In this document: one piece after another, positions 19,853 to 28,828 of the stretch
Layout of the letters: each line of letters begins with the position of its first letter
Numbering within the stretch: the stretch's first letter is position 1
DNA from: Promethearchaeota archaeon
GTDB lineage: Archaea > Asgardarchaeota > Heimdallarchaeia > Hodarchaeales > Hodarchaeaceae
DNA: 64,000 bases
Direction: 5' to 3'
NCBI GenBank assembly: GCA_048938105.1
Contig: JBHLMN010000012.1
Coordinates: 128,001 to 192,000, forward strand
Notes under the pieces: model-generated
What the model was told of the DNA's origin: nothing
Seen by the model: the letters and a program-made list of their open reading frames with translations, nothing else
Databases searched by the model: none
Translations under genes and position numbers: made by a program

Positions 19853-21436
19853 GTGAGAAAAATGAGTAATGGACATAATAAACGTAATATAGCCTTTGAT
19901 AATAAAAACCCTGAAACGTTTCTCGAATCAGTGGTAATTATAGGCTCTGGGATTGGTGGACTGGCGGCGGGAATACGCCTTCAGACAACAGGAAAATTTA
20001 ATGTTACTATTATAGAAAAACTAGACCAAGTTGGTGGTCGGGCCAGAGTCTTTAAAGATCAAGGGTTTACTTTTGATGGAGGTCCTACGGTAATAACTGT
20101 ACCTGACATTTTTAAGGATTTATTTACTTTACCTGGTCGAAAAATGGAGGATTATGTCGAATTAATACCAGTGGAGCCGTTTTATCGAATCCATTTTAAC
20201 GATGGGACATTTTTTGATTATTCTACTCCGGAAAAAAATATACCTCAAATTGAAAAAGTAAATCCTGAAGATGTAGAAGGATATAAACGCATGCTTAAAG
20301 CAGTTCGACCGATCTACGAGAAGGGGTTCAAAGAATTATCATTTAAACCTTTTAACAAGTTTACTTCAATGCTTAAAGTAGCTCCCTCCCTCATCAAGTT
20401 ACAATCATACCGTTCAAATTATAAATTTGTCTCTAAATATATAAAAAATGAGAATCTCCGAATGGTATTTAGTTTTCACCCTTTACTTATTGGGGGGAAT
20501 CCTTTCTCGGTTCCATCAATTTATAGTCTTATTCAATACCTGGAAAAAGAATTTGGAGTTTGGTTTGTGCGTGGTGGTACAAATGCTTTAGTTCAGGCGT
20601 TAGCAAACTTATTTGAGGAGCTTGGGGGTAAAATCATTTTGAATAGTGAGGTTAAAAAAATTGAAGTTAAAGATAATCAAGTAGAGGGCGTTTTAACTGT
20701 TTCGAATGATTTTTATCCAAGTAAAATCGTAATAAGTAATGCTGACCCCGCTTTTACATACACAAAAATGATTGATGCAGAGTGGCGCAGGAAAAACAGT
20801 GATAAGCGTTATAAAAAAGCGAAATATTCTATGGGATTAGTTGTAATTTATTTTGGAACGAAAAGACAATATCCAAATATGAAACATCACACTATTATTT
20901 TGGGTCCCCGGTATAAAGGACTAATAGAAGATATTTTCAAGAAAAAGATTTTAGCAGAAGATTTTTCGAGCTATTTACATCTCCCCACTCGGACTGATCC
21001 AAGTTTAGCTCCTGAAGGACATGAAGCCTTTTATATCCTGATTCCCGTCCCTCATCAAGATTCTGGTATTAATTGGGAAGAAATGGCTGAACCATTTAAA
21101 CAACGAATCTTTGATTTTCTGAATGAAAATTATCTCCCTGAACTAAAAGAGAACTTAGTGACAGAGCGAATTTTTACTCCTCTAGATTTTGAACGAGACT
21201 ATAATAGCTTTAAAGGATCTGGTTTTTCTGTTGAACCAATTTTTACTCAATCAGCGTGGTTCCGTCCACATAACAAATCTGAAGATATTGATGGTCTTTA
21301 TTTAGTGGGTGCTGGAACCCATCCAGGAGCAGGATTGCCTGGAGTTGTCTCCAGTGCAAAAGTAACCACAGATTTGATCATCAATGGGAAAAATGGATTT
21401 TCAAAAAAACCCTCTGGAATAAGTAATGCTAATTAG
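19853..21436 (+). CDS. crtI: Phytoene desaturase (CrtI family); ATG 19862 is an alternative start
   Basis: IIGSGIGGLAAG, FDGGPTVIT, FHPLLIGGNPF, WFRPHN...LYLVGAGTHPGAGLPGV. Confidence 0.95.
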   Translation: MRKMSNGHNKRNIAFDNKNPETFLESVVIIGSGIGGLAAGIRLQTTGKFNVTIIEKLDQVGGRARVFKDQGFTFDGGPTVITVPDIFKDLFTLPGRKMEDYVELIPVEPFYRIHFNDGTFFDYSTPEKNIPQIEKVNPEDVEGYKRMLKAVRPIYEKGFKELSFKPFNKFTSMLKVAPSLIKLQSYRSNYKFVSKYIKNENLRMVFSFHPLLIGGNPFSVPSIYSLIQYLEKEFGVWFVRGGTNALVQALANLFEELGGKIILNSEVKKIEVKDNQVEGVLTVSNDFYPSKIVISNADPAFTYTKMIDAEWRRKNSDKRYKKAKYSMGLVVIYFGTKRQYPNMKHHTIILGPRYKGLIEDIFKKKILAEDFSSYLHLPTRTDPSLAPEGHEAFYILIPVPHQDSGINWEEMAEPFKQRIFDFLNENYLPELKENLVTERIFTPLDFERDYNSFKGSGFSVEPIFTQSAWFRPHNKSEDIDGLYLVGAGTHPGAGLPGVVSSAKVTTDLIINGKNGFSKKPSGISNAN

Positions 21437-22260
21437 TGGAAGAAATTGTAATGTTAACATATTTCATCTTCCTCCTTTTCTTTATTGTTATACCTTTGAT
21501 GGTAATCAGTTTTTTTTATTATAAGAAATATCGTGGAGGGGAAGAATATCAAAAAACGATGATAAAAAAAATCTTAATTGTGTTAGCGATATTAATAATT
21601 GTAGCTATTACTTATACTACTCCATGGGATAATTTTCTCGTCGAAAATGGCATTTGGTATTATGAGACATCGAAAGTTATGGGTATTTTAATTGGTTTTG
21701 TACCCATTGAAGAATATGGCTTTTTCGTATTGCAGACTCTCTTTATTGGATTGCTATTCGGATGGATTCTGCTTCATAGAAAGAAAATCAGTCATAATCA
21801 GAATAATTTTAGAGTTAATTTACGCCTGATTTCAGCGATTGGGCTACTTATTGTTTGGATTGTAGGATTTCTTGCATTTATTAACAGAATAGAAACTTTA
21901 ACTTATCTGAATTTAATCCTTTTATGGGGAATACCTCCAATAATGATTCAACTGATCTATGGCGCTGATATTCTCTGGTTGTACAATCGAGACCTTATCT
22001 CAGTCATCTCTCTCTCAACTATTTACTTAGCTATTGCAGATACTATTGCGATTGCAGATGGAATCTGGACAATTAGTATAAATACATCAACAGGGATTCT
22101 TTTGGCTGGAGTTTTACCTATTGAAGAGTTTGTCTTTTTCTTGGTCACTAATATATTAATTACTTTTGGATTAACCTTAATGATTGATTCTAGGAGTATT
22201 GATAGATTTCATCAATACTTTTCTAGATTAAAAGAACACAAGTGGAGAAATAAGTTATGA
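21436..22260 (+). CDS. crtY: Lycopene cyclase, fused two-domain CrtYc/CrtYd membrane type; start may be ATG 21451
   Basis: Two cyclase repeats: PWDNFLVENGIW...VPIEEYGFF and ADTIAIADGIW...LPIEEFVFF. Confidence 0.9.
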   Translation: MEEIVMLTYFIFLLFFIVIPLMVISFFYYKKYRGGEEYQKTMIKKILIVLAILIIVAITYTTPWDNFLVENGIWYYETSKVMGILIGFVPIEEYGFFVLQTLFIGLLFGWILLHRKKISHNQNNFRVNLRLISAIGLLIVWIVGFLAFINRIETLTYLNLILLWGIPPIMIQLIYGADILWLYNRDLISVISLSTIYLAIADTIAIADGIWTISINTSTGILLAGVLPIEEFVFFLVTNILITFGLTLMIDSRSIDRFHQYFSRLKEHKWRNKL

Positions 22261-22377
22261 CCAGTAGAATTTTTGTACAGGAATTGTATACATGCTTCAA
22301 AAATTTAGAAAACTGCAATATGAAGATATATTGGGAATACCTCCCTTTCTTTAACTCACACAATTTGAGGTAATTTC

Positions 22378-22830
22378 ATGTTAAATAACGTAATAGAATA
22401 TCTTAATGAGTCTGTAATACCTTTGCGGCTTTCTGGTACCACTAAATCAGGCTGGCCATTTGTAATGAGCCTTTGGTATGTTTATTTAAATGAAAAAATT
22501 TACTTAGCAACTATAAAATCAGCTAAAGTCGTTGATTATCTTTCTAATAACCCCAAATGTGCTTTTGAAATTGCCAGTGATACTCCACCTTATTGTGGGA
22601 TTCGAGGACAAGCAATGGCAAAAATTATTGAATCTAAGGGGGATGAAATTCTAAAAATCCTTCTAAATCGTTATCTAGGAGGAGAAAATAGTCCTTTAGC
22701 CCGAAGACTGTTGAATCAACGTATACCAGAGGTTGCGATTGAGCTTACTCCTGTTAAAGTGTATCAATGGGATTATAGTAAGCGAATGATTGACTCGATT
22801 GAATTTTCTTCAGTTAAAAAGTGTCCATAA
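22378..22830 (+). CDS. Pyridoxamine 5'-phosphate oxidase-like flavin-binding protein
   Basis: PLRLS..TKSGWPFVMSLWY, NPKCAFEI..D.PPY.GIRGQ. Confidence 0.8.
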   Translation: MLNNVIEYLNESVIPLRLSGTTKSGWPFVMSLWYVYLNEKIYLATIKSAKVVDYLSNNPKCAFEIASDTPPYCGIRGQAMAKIIESKGDEILKILLNRYLGGENSPLARRLLNQRIPEVAIELTPVKVYQWDYSKRMIDSIEFSSVKKCP

Positions 22831-22867
22831 ATAAGAACGATAAAAAAACCAGTAAAAAGGTGATATT

Positions 22868-23287
22868 ATGTCAGATATCAAATATTCTGCTGGAGTATGC
22901 AATATCGGTGACGCTGAAATAAAACAAAGACGTCGATTAGGATATATAGGCATTGGTCTTACTGTGATAGCAATTATTGTATATTTAGGATTGATTTATT
23001 CTATAAAATTAGATCCATTCTTTGGAGTGATTATTTTCATACCTGCTGAAATGTCAGCTATTGGGTTAATTCAAGCTAGGAACAAATTTTGCGCTGCTTA
23101 TGGATTGATTCACCAACAGAACGTTTCCTCAAGCTTAGGCTTAACTGTGAAAATAGGCAATAAAAATTCCCAGAGAAAGGATAGGAACAAAGCTCTTAAA
23201 ATTATTTTTCAATCCCTAGTAATTGCGATTATCATTACTGTTTTTACAGTTATTGGAGGGATTTTGATAGCTCAAAGTATTATTTAG
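22868..23287 (+). CDS. Small membrane protein with CNIG..E..RR and KFC motifs, function unknown
   Basis: Three hydrophobic helices, two Cys; AGGTGA SD. Confidence 0.7.
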   Translation: MSDIKYSAGVCNIGDAEIKQRRRLGYIGIGLTVIAIIVYLGLIYSIKLDPFFGVIIFIPAEMSAIGLIQARNKFCAAYGLIHQQNVSSSLGLTVKIGNKNSQRKDRNKALKIIFQSLVIAIIITVFTVIGGILIAQSII

Positions 23288-23376
23288 GTTTGAATATAGG
23301 TTGAAAAAAAGCATAAGAGATAAATATGAATCAAATCAATATACTCAATCTTAGGGAGAGGATTTTTCCTACTCCA

Positions 23377-24114
23377 TTAAAAAATTCGTCCTAGTGACGC
23401 GTCTAAGATTTTTCCAGTCATTAGAGGAGTAGTTGCAGCAAATTCTATCATTTCATTCAAATCCTTAGGTAATAATGGGTAATTAAGAAGCTGTTTTGAT
23501 ATTAATTTCGATGATAGAACCTCAATTGTTGTACCATTATCCATAGATTTCTTTTCCAATTCTCTATTATGTCGATCCGTAAAAACATATGTAGGAGAAA
23601 CTCCGTTAATTCGAATTTTGGGAGCCAAAACTCTAGCCATTGTACGAATTAAATAGACTAATCCAGCTTTCGCAACTCCATAAGGCATTTTATCCAATGA
23701 AGGTTCATAAGCAGCAGAACTAACGATATGTACTATAGCTCCGCCTTCTATCATAAGTTCAGCTGCCATTCTTGTTAATAAGAAAGCAGATGTTAGATTC
23801 ACATTTATTACACGATTGAAAAATGAAGCATCCACTTCTAATGGATTTTTTGAAGCCAAGGATCCCCCTATATTATTTATCAGAATGTCTATTGATCCAA
23901 TTTTAGTCTGTACCCATTTCTTTACCTTTCTAATTCCTTCCTCGGTTGTGCAATCAGCTGCAATATTATTAATTCCTGGAAAACGATCATTTATCATATT
24001 TAGACTGGATATGAGAACCTCATTATTCTGATTAGAAAGTTTTCTCATAATTGCCTCTCCAATCCCTCCAACAGCAACACCAGTAACTAGAATTTTCTTA
24101 TTTTCGATGATCAT
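23377..24114 (-). CDS. Classical short-chain dehydrogenase/reductase
   Basis: TGVAVGGIG, LINNIG, SS, YGVAK (YxxxK), IRINGVSP. Confidence 0.9.
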   Translation of the reverse strand: MIIENKKILVTGVAVGGIGEAIMRKLSNQNNEVLISSLNMINDRFPGINNIAADCTTEEGIRKVKKWVQTKIGSIDILINNIGGSLASKNPLEVDASFFNRVINVNLTSAFLLTRMAAELMIEGGAIVHIVSSAAYEPSLDKMPYGVAKAGLVYLIRTMARVLAPKIRINGVSPTYVFTDRHNRELEKKSMDNGTTIEVLSSKLISKQLLNYPLLPKDLNEMIEFAATTPLMTGKILDASLGRIF

Positions 24115-24159
24115 GATTAATTTCCTCAGTTATGTTGTTAATGGTTTAATTTATTACAT

Positions 24160-24648
24160 CTAGTCATCTATTTTCAGAGTTTGAGTTTTAAGTAATTTAT
24201 AATTTTTAGGAAATCCCCAATCTTCAATCTTATTGTAACTTGTTTTTTTTGATCGAAAATGTACCCATATTGTTGTACTATCAAGAAGTGGATTAGCATG
24301 GTAATGCTTTTGATCACCATATCGAAAAGCTTCTAGTACTAGGGGTAATTCCTGACGAAAAATTCTATCACGAAACTTTAAAGGGCCAATTCCCCCACTT
24401 ACTTGACAATAGACATGGAGTGAATATACATTTTCGGTTTTCAACCATTCAGCTAACACTTCATCCCGCATTATCCGTGTTTGCCATCCTTTTAGTTGTT
24501 TTTTGTTAAACTCATGGGCAATGGTGAGAAATAAATCTCCTGTCCGATCTGAATGGGTTAATGTATAGCAACGAGGTACTAGAGGAGAATCAATGGTTGT
24601 TGGGGGTATAAATGTAACATTTAGTTTATTTGGGTTTAAGCGATTCAA
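24160..24648 (-). CDS. STAY-GREEN (SGR, Mg-dechelatase family) homologue
   Basis: PRCYTLTHSDRTGDLFLTI, GWQTRIMRDEVLAEW, LHVYCQV, IFRQELPLVLEAFRYGD, WVHF.S...YNKIE.WG. Confidence 0.92.
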   Translation of the reverse strand: MNRLNPNKLNVTFIPPTTIDSPLVPRCYTLTHSDRTGDLFLTIAHEFNKKQLKGWQTRIMRDEVLAEWLKTENVYSLHVYCQVSGGIGPLKFRDRIFRQELPLVLEAFRYGDQKHYHANPLLDSTTIWVHFRSKKTSYNKIEDWGFPKNYKLLKTQTLKIDD

Positions 24649-24674
24649 GGTAGAAATCCTTCTATTTGAAAGAA

Positions 24675-26177
24675 CTAAGTTGTAGATAAATAATAGGGCT
24701 TAGGAGTAGAGCTTATTTTAGTATATGTAAGACTATCTCCAGGAATATCCCTACAAATTTCCTCTAACAGCTTTTTTGACAGCATGTCGAAAAATGGTTG
24801 GATCATAAACCAATAGGCTATCCCAATAAGCCCTTTTGGGACTATTCGAAAAATCTGATGAAGTTCAATTTTTTTGTGATTAATACGCCTTAAACGATAT
24901 CTTAGGATGGTATAACCAGGTAAGATGAAATCTGTATGTAATGTTAATTCTTTCTTTGGAATTTTATTCTGAATTGAAAGAGGAGTCTTTTTCATCTCTC
25001 CCTTGTCCTTAAAACCTTTGAAAAAACCGTTTAGAAAAGCACCAAATTTCCATAAGTATAAATTGATCTGAAAATTTCTATATTTCTCAATCTGAAGTAA
25101 TTTGTTCCACAAATTCTCAGGATTACTAGTTAAAATAGCCTTACGATGATCTTGGAAGACAAATCCTCCAGACCAGGATGGATCCCCTGGAATGTGCCAT
25201 TCAACGGGTAAATCATAATAGCTAGAATAACTTCCGTACCTAAGATACTGTTGGGGGTTTAATGCTAATCGAATTGCTTGTTTATGGTTTAGTAACTTCT
25301 GTGGAATCAATTCTCGTATCCTAAAATCATGACAAACAACCTCATTCTTCATTCCATCTATTAATGGACGAGCTAAAGATGATTGAATGCCTGTAATCAA
25401 TCTTATCCAATAGGAGCTTAGGCTAGGAGTGAAGAAAGGGATAGGGAGAATTAAACGCTTTGGTAGTGCCATAATTTCCACATAACTCTCCATAAACTGT
25501 TTATAAGTGATAATATCTGAACCACCAATATCAAAGGTCTCACCGATTGTTTCTGGTACATCTAAACAGTCAGTTAGATATTTCAGAACATTTCGAATAG
25601 CTATTGGTTGATTTCTTGTTCTAAGCCACTTGGGTGTAATCATAATTGGCAATCTATTGACTAGATACCTCATCATCTCAAAAGCTGCGCTTCCACTCCC
25701 AATAATAATTGCTGCACGTAACGTTGTAACTGGTACTGAACATGAATTCAGTATTCTGGAAACTTCGATTCGAGACTGTAGATGCTTACTTAATTTTTCT
25801 TTTTCGTCCCCTAATCCCCCAAGATAAATAATTCTTTCAATTGCTGCCTTTTCAGCTGCAATTATTGTGTTTTGGGCTGCAATTCTATCAGATCTAATAA
25901 AATCTTTTATTTTTCCTTCCATAGAATGGATTAAATAGTAAACCGAGGAGACTTCTTCCATTGCGTCTTCTAAGGTTTTAATATCGAAAACATTAAGATT
26001 TACCGTTTTCAAATTCCTATGATGACTCCATAATCTCATATTTAGCTTGTCTTTTGACCTAAACCCCACTCGTACAATATATCCTTTCTTTAAGAGTTTT
26101 GGTACAAGTCTGGAACCTATGTAACCTGTGGCCCCAAGTACAAGAACTTCTTTTTGTTTCAAGGGAAATCTACTCAT
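24675..26177 (-). CDS. Atypical SDR/NAD(P)-binding protein with C-terminal DUF2867-like domain (YbjT-like)
   Basis: GATGYIG, YYLIHSM, IIYLGGLG, SKHLQSR.EV, LRAAIIIGSGS; C-terminal PKGLIG.AYW. Confidence 0.88.
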   Translation of the reverse strand: MSRFPLKQKEVLVLGATGYIGSRLVPKLLKKGYIVRVGFRSKDKLNMRLWSHHRNLKTVNLNVFDIKTLEDAMEEVSSVYYLIHSMEGKIKDFIRSDRIAAQNTIIAAEKAAIERIIYLGGLGDEKEKLSKHLQSRIEVSRILNSCSVPVTTLRAAIIIGSGSAAFEMMRYLVNRLPIMITPKWLRTRNQPIAIRNVLKYLTDCLDVPETIGETFDIGGSDIITYKQFMESYVEIMALPKRLILPIPFFTPSLSSYWIRLITGIQSSLARPLIDGMKNEVVCHDFRIRELIPQKLLNHKQAIRLALNPQQYLRYGSYSSYYDLPVEWHIPGDPSWSGGFVFQDHRKAILTSNPENLWNKLLQIEKYRNFQINLYLWKFGAFLNGFFKGFKDKGEMKKTPLSIQNKIPKKELTLHTDFILPGYTILRYRLRRINHKKIELHQIFRIVPKGLIGIAYWFMIQPFFDMLSKKLLEEICRDIPGDSLTYTKISSTPKPYYLSTT

Positions 26178-26189
26178 TCTAAGAGGACA

Positions 26190-26960
26190 TCAATAATCTT
26201 GACGAGCTTTCCAGAAATCACCATAAAAGAAAAATCCAATCAGTTGAGAAAATACGAATATTATTGATATAACTATTCCTAAATACTGTAATATAAGAAT
26301 TTGATTACTATGGAAGATATACAGAGGGATAAAGTTCAATAAGAACCAAATCCACGAAAGAATTGGAGCAGATATGAACATAAGAGATCTTTTCCATTTT
26401 GAAACAGATAAGAAGGAACTCAAATCATATTTTATTCCAAAAATAGGAAGTTTCGTTATAGGTGTCCAAGCTAGCAAGTTTGATTTACGAAATGTGGATT
26501 TGAAAATAAAATAATTTCTAAAGTTTAATCCTAAAAGAAAACCAAATATGCAATGGATTACGGTATGAGAGAGCATAAAGTTTACAAAACTGATTAGAAA
26601 GAACAAAATAACACTAAACCAAAAATCTACAGAAAAATAAAAGGCTAAAAAATAAAGAATTTCTGAGATGAGAACACCAACTGAGAATAGTAAAGTTCCG
26701 ACTTTAATTGAAAATTTTGGAACGTTCCAACTATCGAAGAAGAATTCATCAATTCTCCCTAAAATATCTATTTCTTCCTCTGTTATTTTTACTTTTCGTG
26801 CATATTTTACAGCAGTTTGATATTTTCTCCAATGACTCTTCCGATTTAATGTTCCTGTTTCATATGAATCCTCTAAATCCTTGATATTCCTACTAAAATT
26901 AGTGTTATCCATTTGAGAACCTTCCCTAGAACTGTAGTTCTTATTAGTTATACTTAACAT
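26190..26960 (-). CDS. Orphan membrane protein with HxxxH motif; start may be ATG 26912
   Basis: Four to five TM segments, SHTVIH, ISAP, terminal YGD; co-oriented directly downstream of the heliorhodopsin. Confidence 0.7.
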   Translation of the reverse strand: MLSITNKNYSSREGSQMDNTNFSRNIKDLEDSYETGTLNRKSHWRKYQTAVKYARKVKITEEEIDILGRIDEFFFDSWNVPKFSIKVGTLLFSVGVLISEILYFLAFYFSVDFWFSVILFFLISFVNFMLSHTVIHCIFGFLLGLNFRNYFIFKSTFRKSNLLAWTPITKLPIFGIKYDLSSFLSVSKWKRSLMFISAPILSWIWFLLNFIPLYIFHSNQILILQYLGIVISIIFVFSQLIGFFFYGDFWKARQDY

Positions 26961-27019
26961 TATAATTCTAGTGATCGAGGTTTGAAAATAAAAAGAGGGG
27001 AAGGATCATAATGACCCAA

Positions 27020-27832
27020 TTAAGCAAATATTAACCCCATAAATACAATCCAAGCTAATGCTGATTTTGCAAAGAGGCTTAATAATTGATAACCTCGTTC
27101 TCCATATAGATAATCTTTCCATGGGCCTATTTTCTTATACTGAAGAAACATATTCAAGGCAAAGCTGTTAAAGAAGACGAAATAAACTACTAAGGCAATA
27201 TAGACAAAAGTAGGAACTTCTCGTCCAACTGTGTTAATACTCAAGAATGTATCAAGGATGACGATCCAGGGCATTATTCCAGCTATCCATCCTAGGATAT
27301 AAGGAGCCCAGCTTGTTTTTTCAGTATATTGGTTATAAGTCTCCATTAACAACCCAAACATGTTCATTAATCCATTAAGCACGAATATCAGAGCAAGAAT
27401 CCAAAATTCTAGTATTCCAAAAGCTAAAGCAATGAATATGATCATCACTGAACTGGAAAAAGCATACTCATACCAACGTACTGGATTCATTTCTTTCTTT
27501 AAATTGGTAACATATTTGTTATATAATGGAAAAGCAATCAGTAAATGAGCAATAGCTGACATTAGAAGAAAACTAGCAAGCAGGATACCTGCAATGTTTT
27601 CAAAAGTGAAAAAAACTTCGGGGATAGGCTCAAGAACTGGACGAGTACCAGTTAATTCTTTTATTCCTAAATACGACCTATAAATGTCGATTTTGAAGTT
27701 TTTTATTTCATCAATTACTAAACTCAGAGCAAATATAACTGTTGCTTGCACTAAGTGCAAGATACCCATGGCTATATTGAATTTCCGGAGATAGGAAAAT
27801 GATATTTTTGACTTTTCAATGTTAGTTGACAT
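27020..27832 (-). CDS. heR: Heliorhodopsin
   Basis: LRKFN..MGILHLVQA, SAIAH, NPVRWYEYAFSSS (counterion Glu), MNMFGLLME, YLYGERGY..LSLFAKSALAW (retinal Lys in SLxAK); AGGAGG SD. Confidence 0.97.
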   Translation of the reverse strand: MSTNIEKSKISFSYLRKFNIAMGILHLVQATVIFALSLVIDEIKNFKIDIYRSYLGIKELTGTRPVLEPIPEVFFTFENIAGILLASFLLMSAIAHLLIAFPLYNKYVTNLKKEMNPVRWYEYAFSSSVMIIFIALAFGILEFWILALIFVLNGLMNMFGLLMETYNQYTEKTSWAPYILGWIAGIMPWIVILDTFLSINTVGREVPTFVYIALVVYFVFFNSFALNMFLQYKKIGPWKDYLYGERGYQLLSLFAKSALAWIVFMGLIFA

Positions 27833-28051
27833 TAAGCAACCTCCTATGGATTTAGACAGAAGAGTCCTTCTTTATATATTCATTATGATAATTAAAACGT
27901 AAATCACCAATAAATCTAGATCTAGAATTAATGACTTGAATCAGGATGAAGTTCTATTACTGAAAAAATAAAGAATCTATTATAATGTGAACCTAAAACT
28001 TGCTGATTGATGAACTAGTACTTCTAAAATCACAAAGAATGGTGAAGGCTG

Positions 28052-28828
28052 ATGTCTCTTACAAAACAAAAACAATTTTTGATTTATGGTAACATCTTGA
28101 GCTTTTTATTAACTATCGTGATGAATTCTTTAGCCAACATCCTTCCTTTGAATGGAAAAACAACTGCAGAACTCAGTGACTCTTTCCCTAACTTATTTGT
28201 CCCCGCTGGGTATGTTTTTAGTATCTGGGGATTGATCTACATTTTATTAGCAATTTTCACGGTTTCCCAAGCCCTTCCCAAGTATAGAGAGGAGGATGTT
28301 ATTGAAAAAATCTCCTATTTCTTTATTATAAGCAATCTGGCTAATTCATCATGGATTGTATTTTGGCACTTTGAAATAATAATCGCATCCTTATTGGTTA
28401 TGTTGATACTCCTTGTATCTTTAATACTAATCTATACCCGATTAGAAATTGGAAAGAAGCCCGTGAGTGAAAAAATTAAGATCACTTCTCATATCCCATT
28501 TAGTGTTTACCTGGGATGGATTACTGTTGCAACTGTTGCAAATGTTACAGCTTTACTTGTATCAATAAACTGGGATGGTTTTGGCATAAGTGAAGTCATC
28601 TGGACTGCAGTTGTAATAAGTGTTGCAACAATAATTGCACTAGTTATCGTATTCACCCGGAAAGACTATGCCTACGTTCTTGTCCCCGTCTGGGCTTTTA
28701 TAGGAATAGCAGTAAAGCAATTAAATACTCAAAACGATGTTGTTATAATTTCTGTTATAGCAGCAGTTATTTTAGTCATAACATTGCTTGTTAGACTTTC
28801 ATTGGATTTAGTTCAGAATCGAAAATGA
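28052..28828 (+). CDS. TspO/MBR-related tryptophan-rich membrane protein
   Basis: NSLANILP.NG.T..ELSD..PNLFVPAGYVFSIWGLIY, N.SW..FWH, PFSVYLGWITVAT. Confidence 0.8.
   Translation: MSLTKQKQFLIYGNILSFLLTIVMNSLANILPLNGKTTAELSDSFPNLFVPAGYVFSIWGLIYILLAIFTVSQALPKYREEDVIEKISYFFIISNLANSSWIVFWHFEIIIASLLVMLILLVSLILIYTRLEIGKKPVSEKIKITSHIPFSVYLGWITVATVANVTALLVSINWDGFGISEVIWTAVVISVATIIALVIVFTRKDYAYVLVPVWAFIGIAVKQLNTQNDVVIISVIAAVILVITLLVRLSLDLVQNRK

Noticed and set aside
24160-24648. SGR as evidence of chlorophyll-based photosynthesis or plant contamination
   Set aside because: No photosynthesis genes, transit peptide or introns; the gene sits in a compact prokaryotic operon.
27020-27832. Ion-pumping type-1 rhodopsin or phototrophy
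   Set aside because: Motifs are heliorhodopsin-specific (RWxEY, SLxAK) rather than the DxxxK helix G of pumps; most characterised heliorhodopsins do not pump ions.
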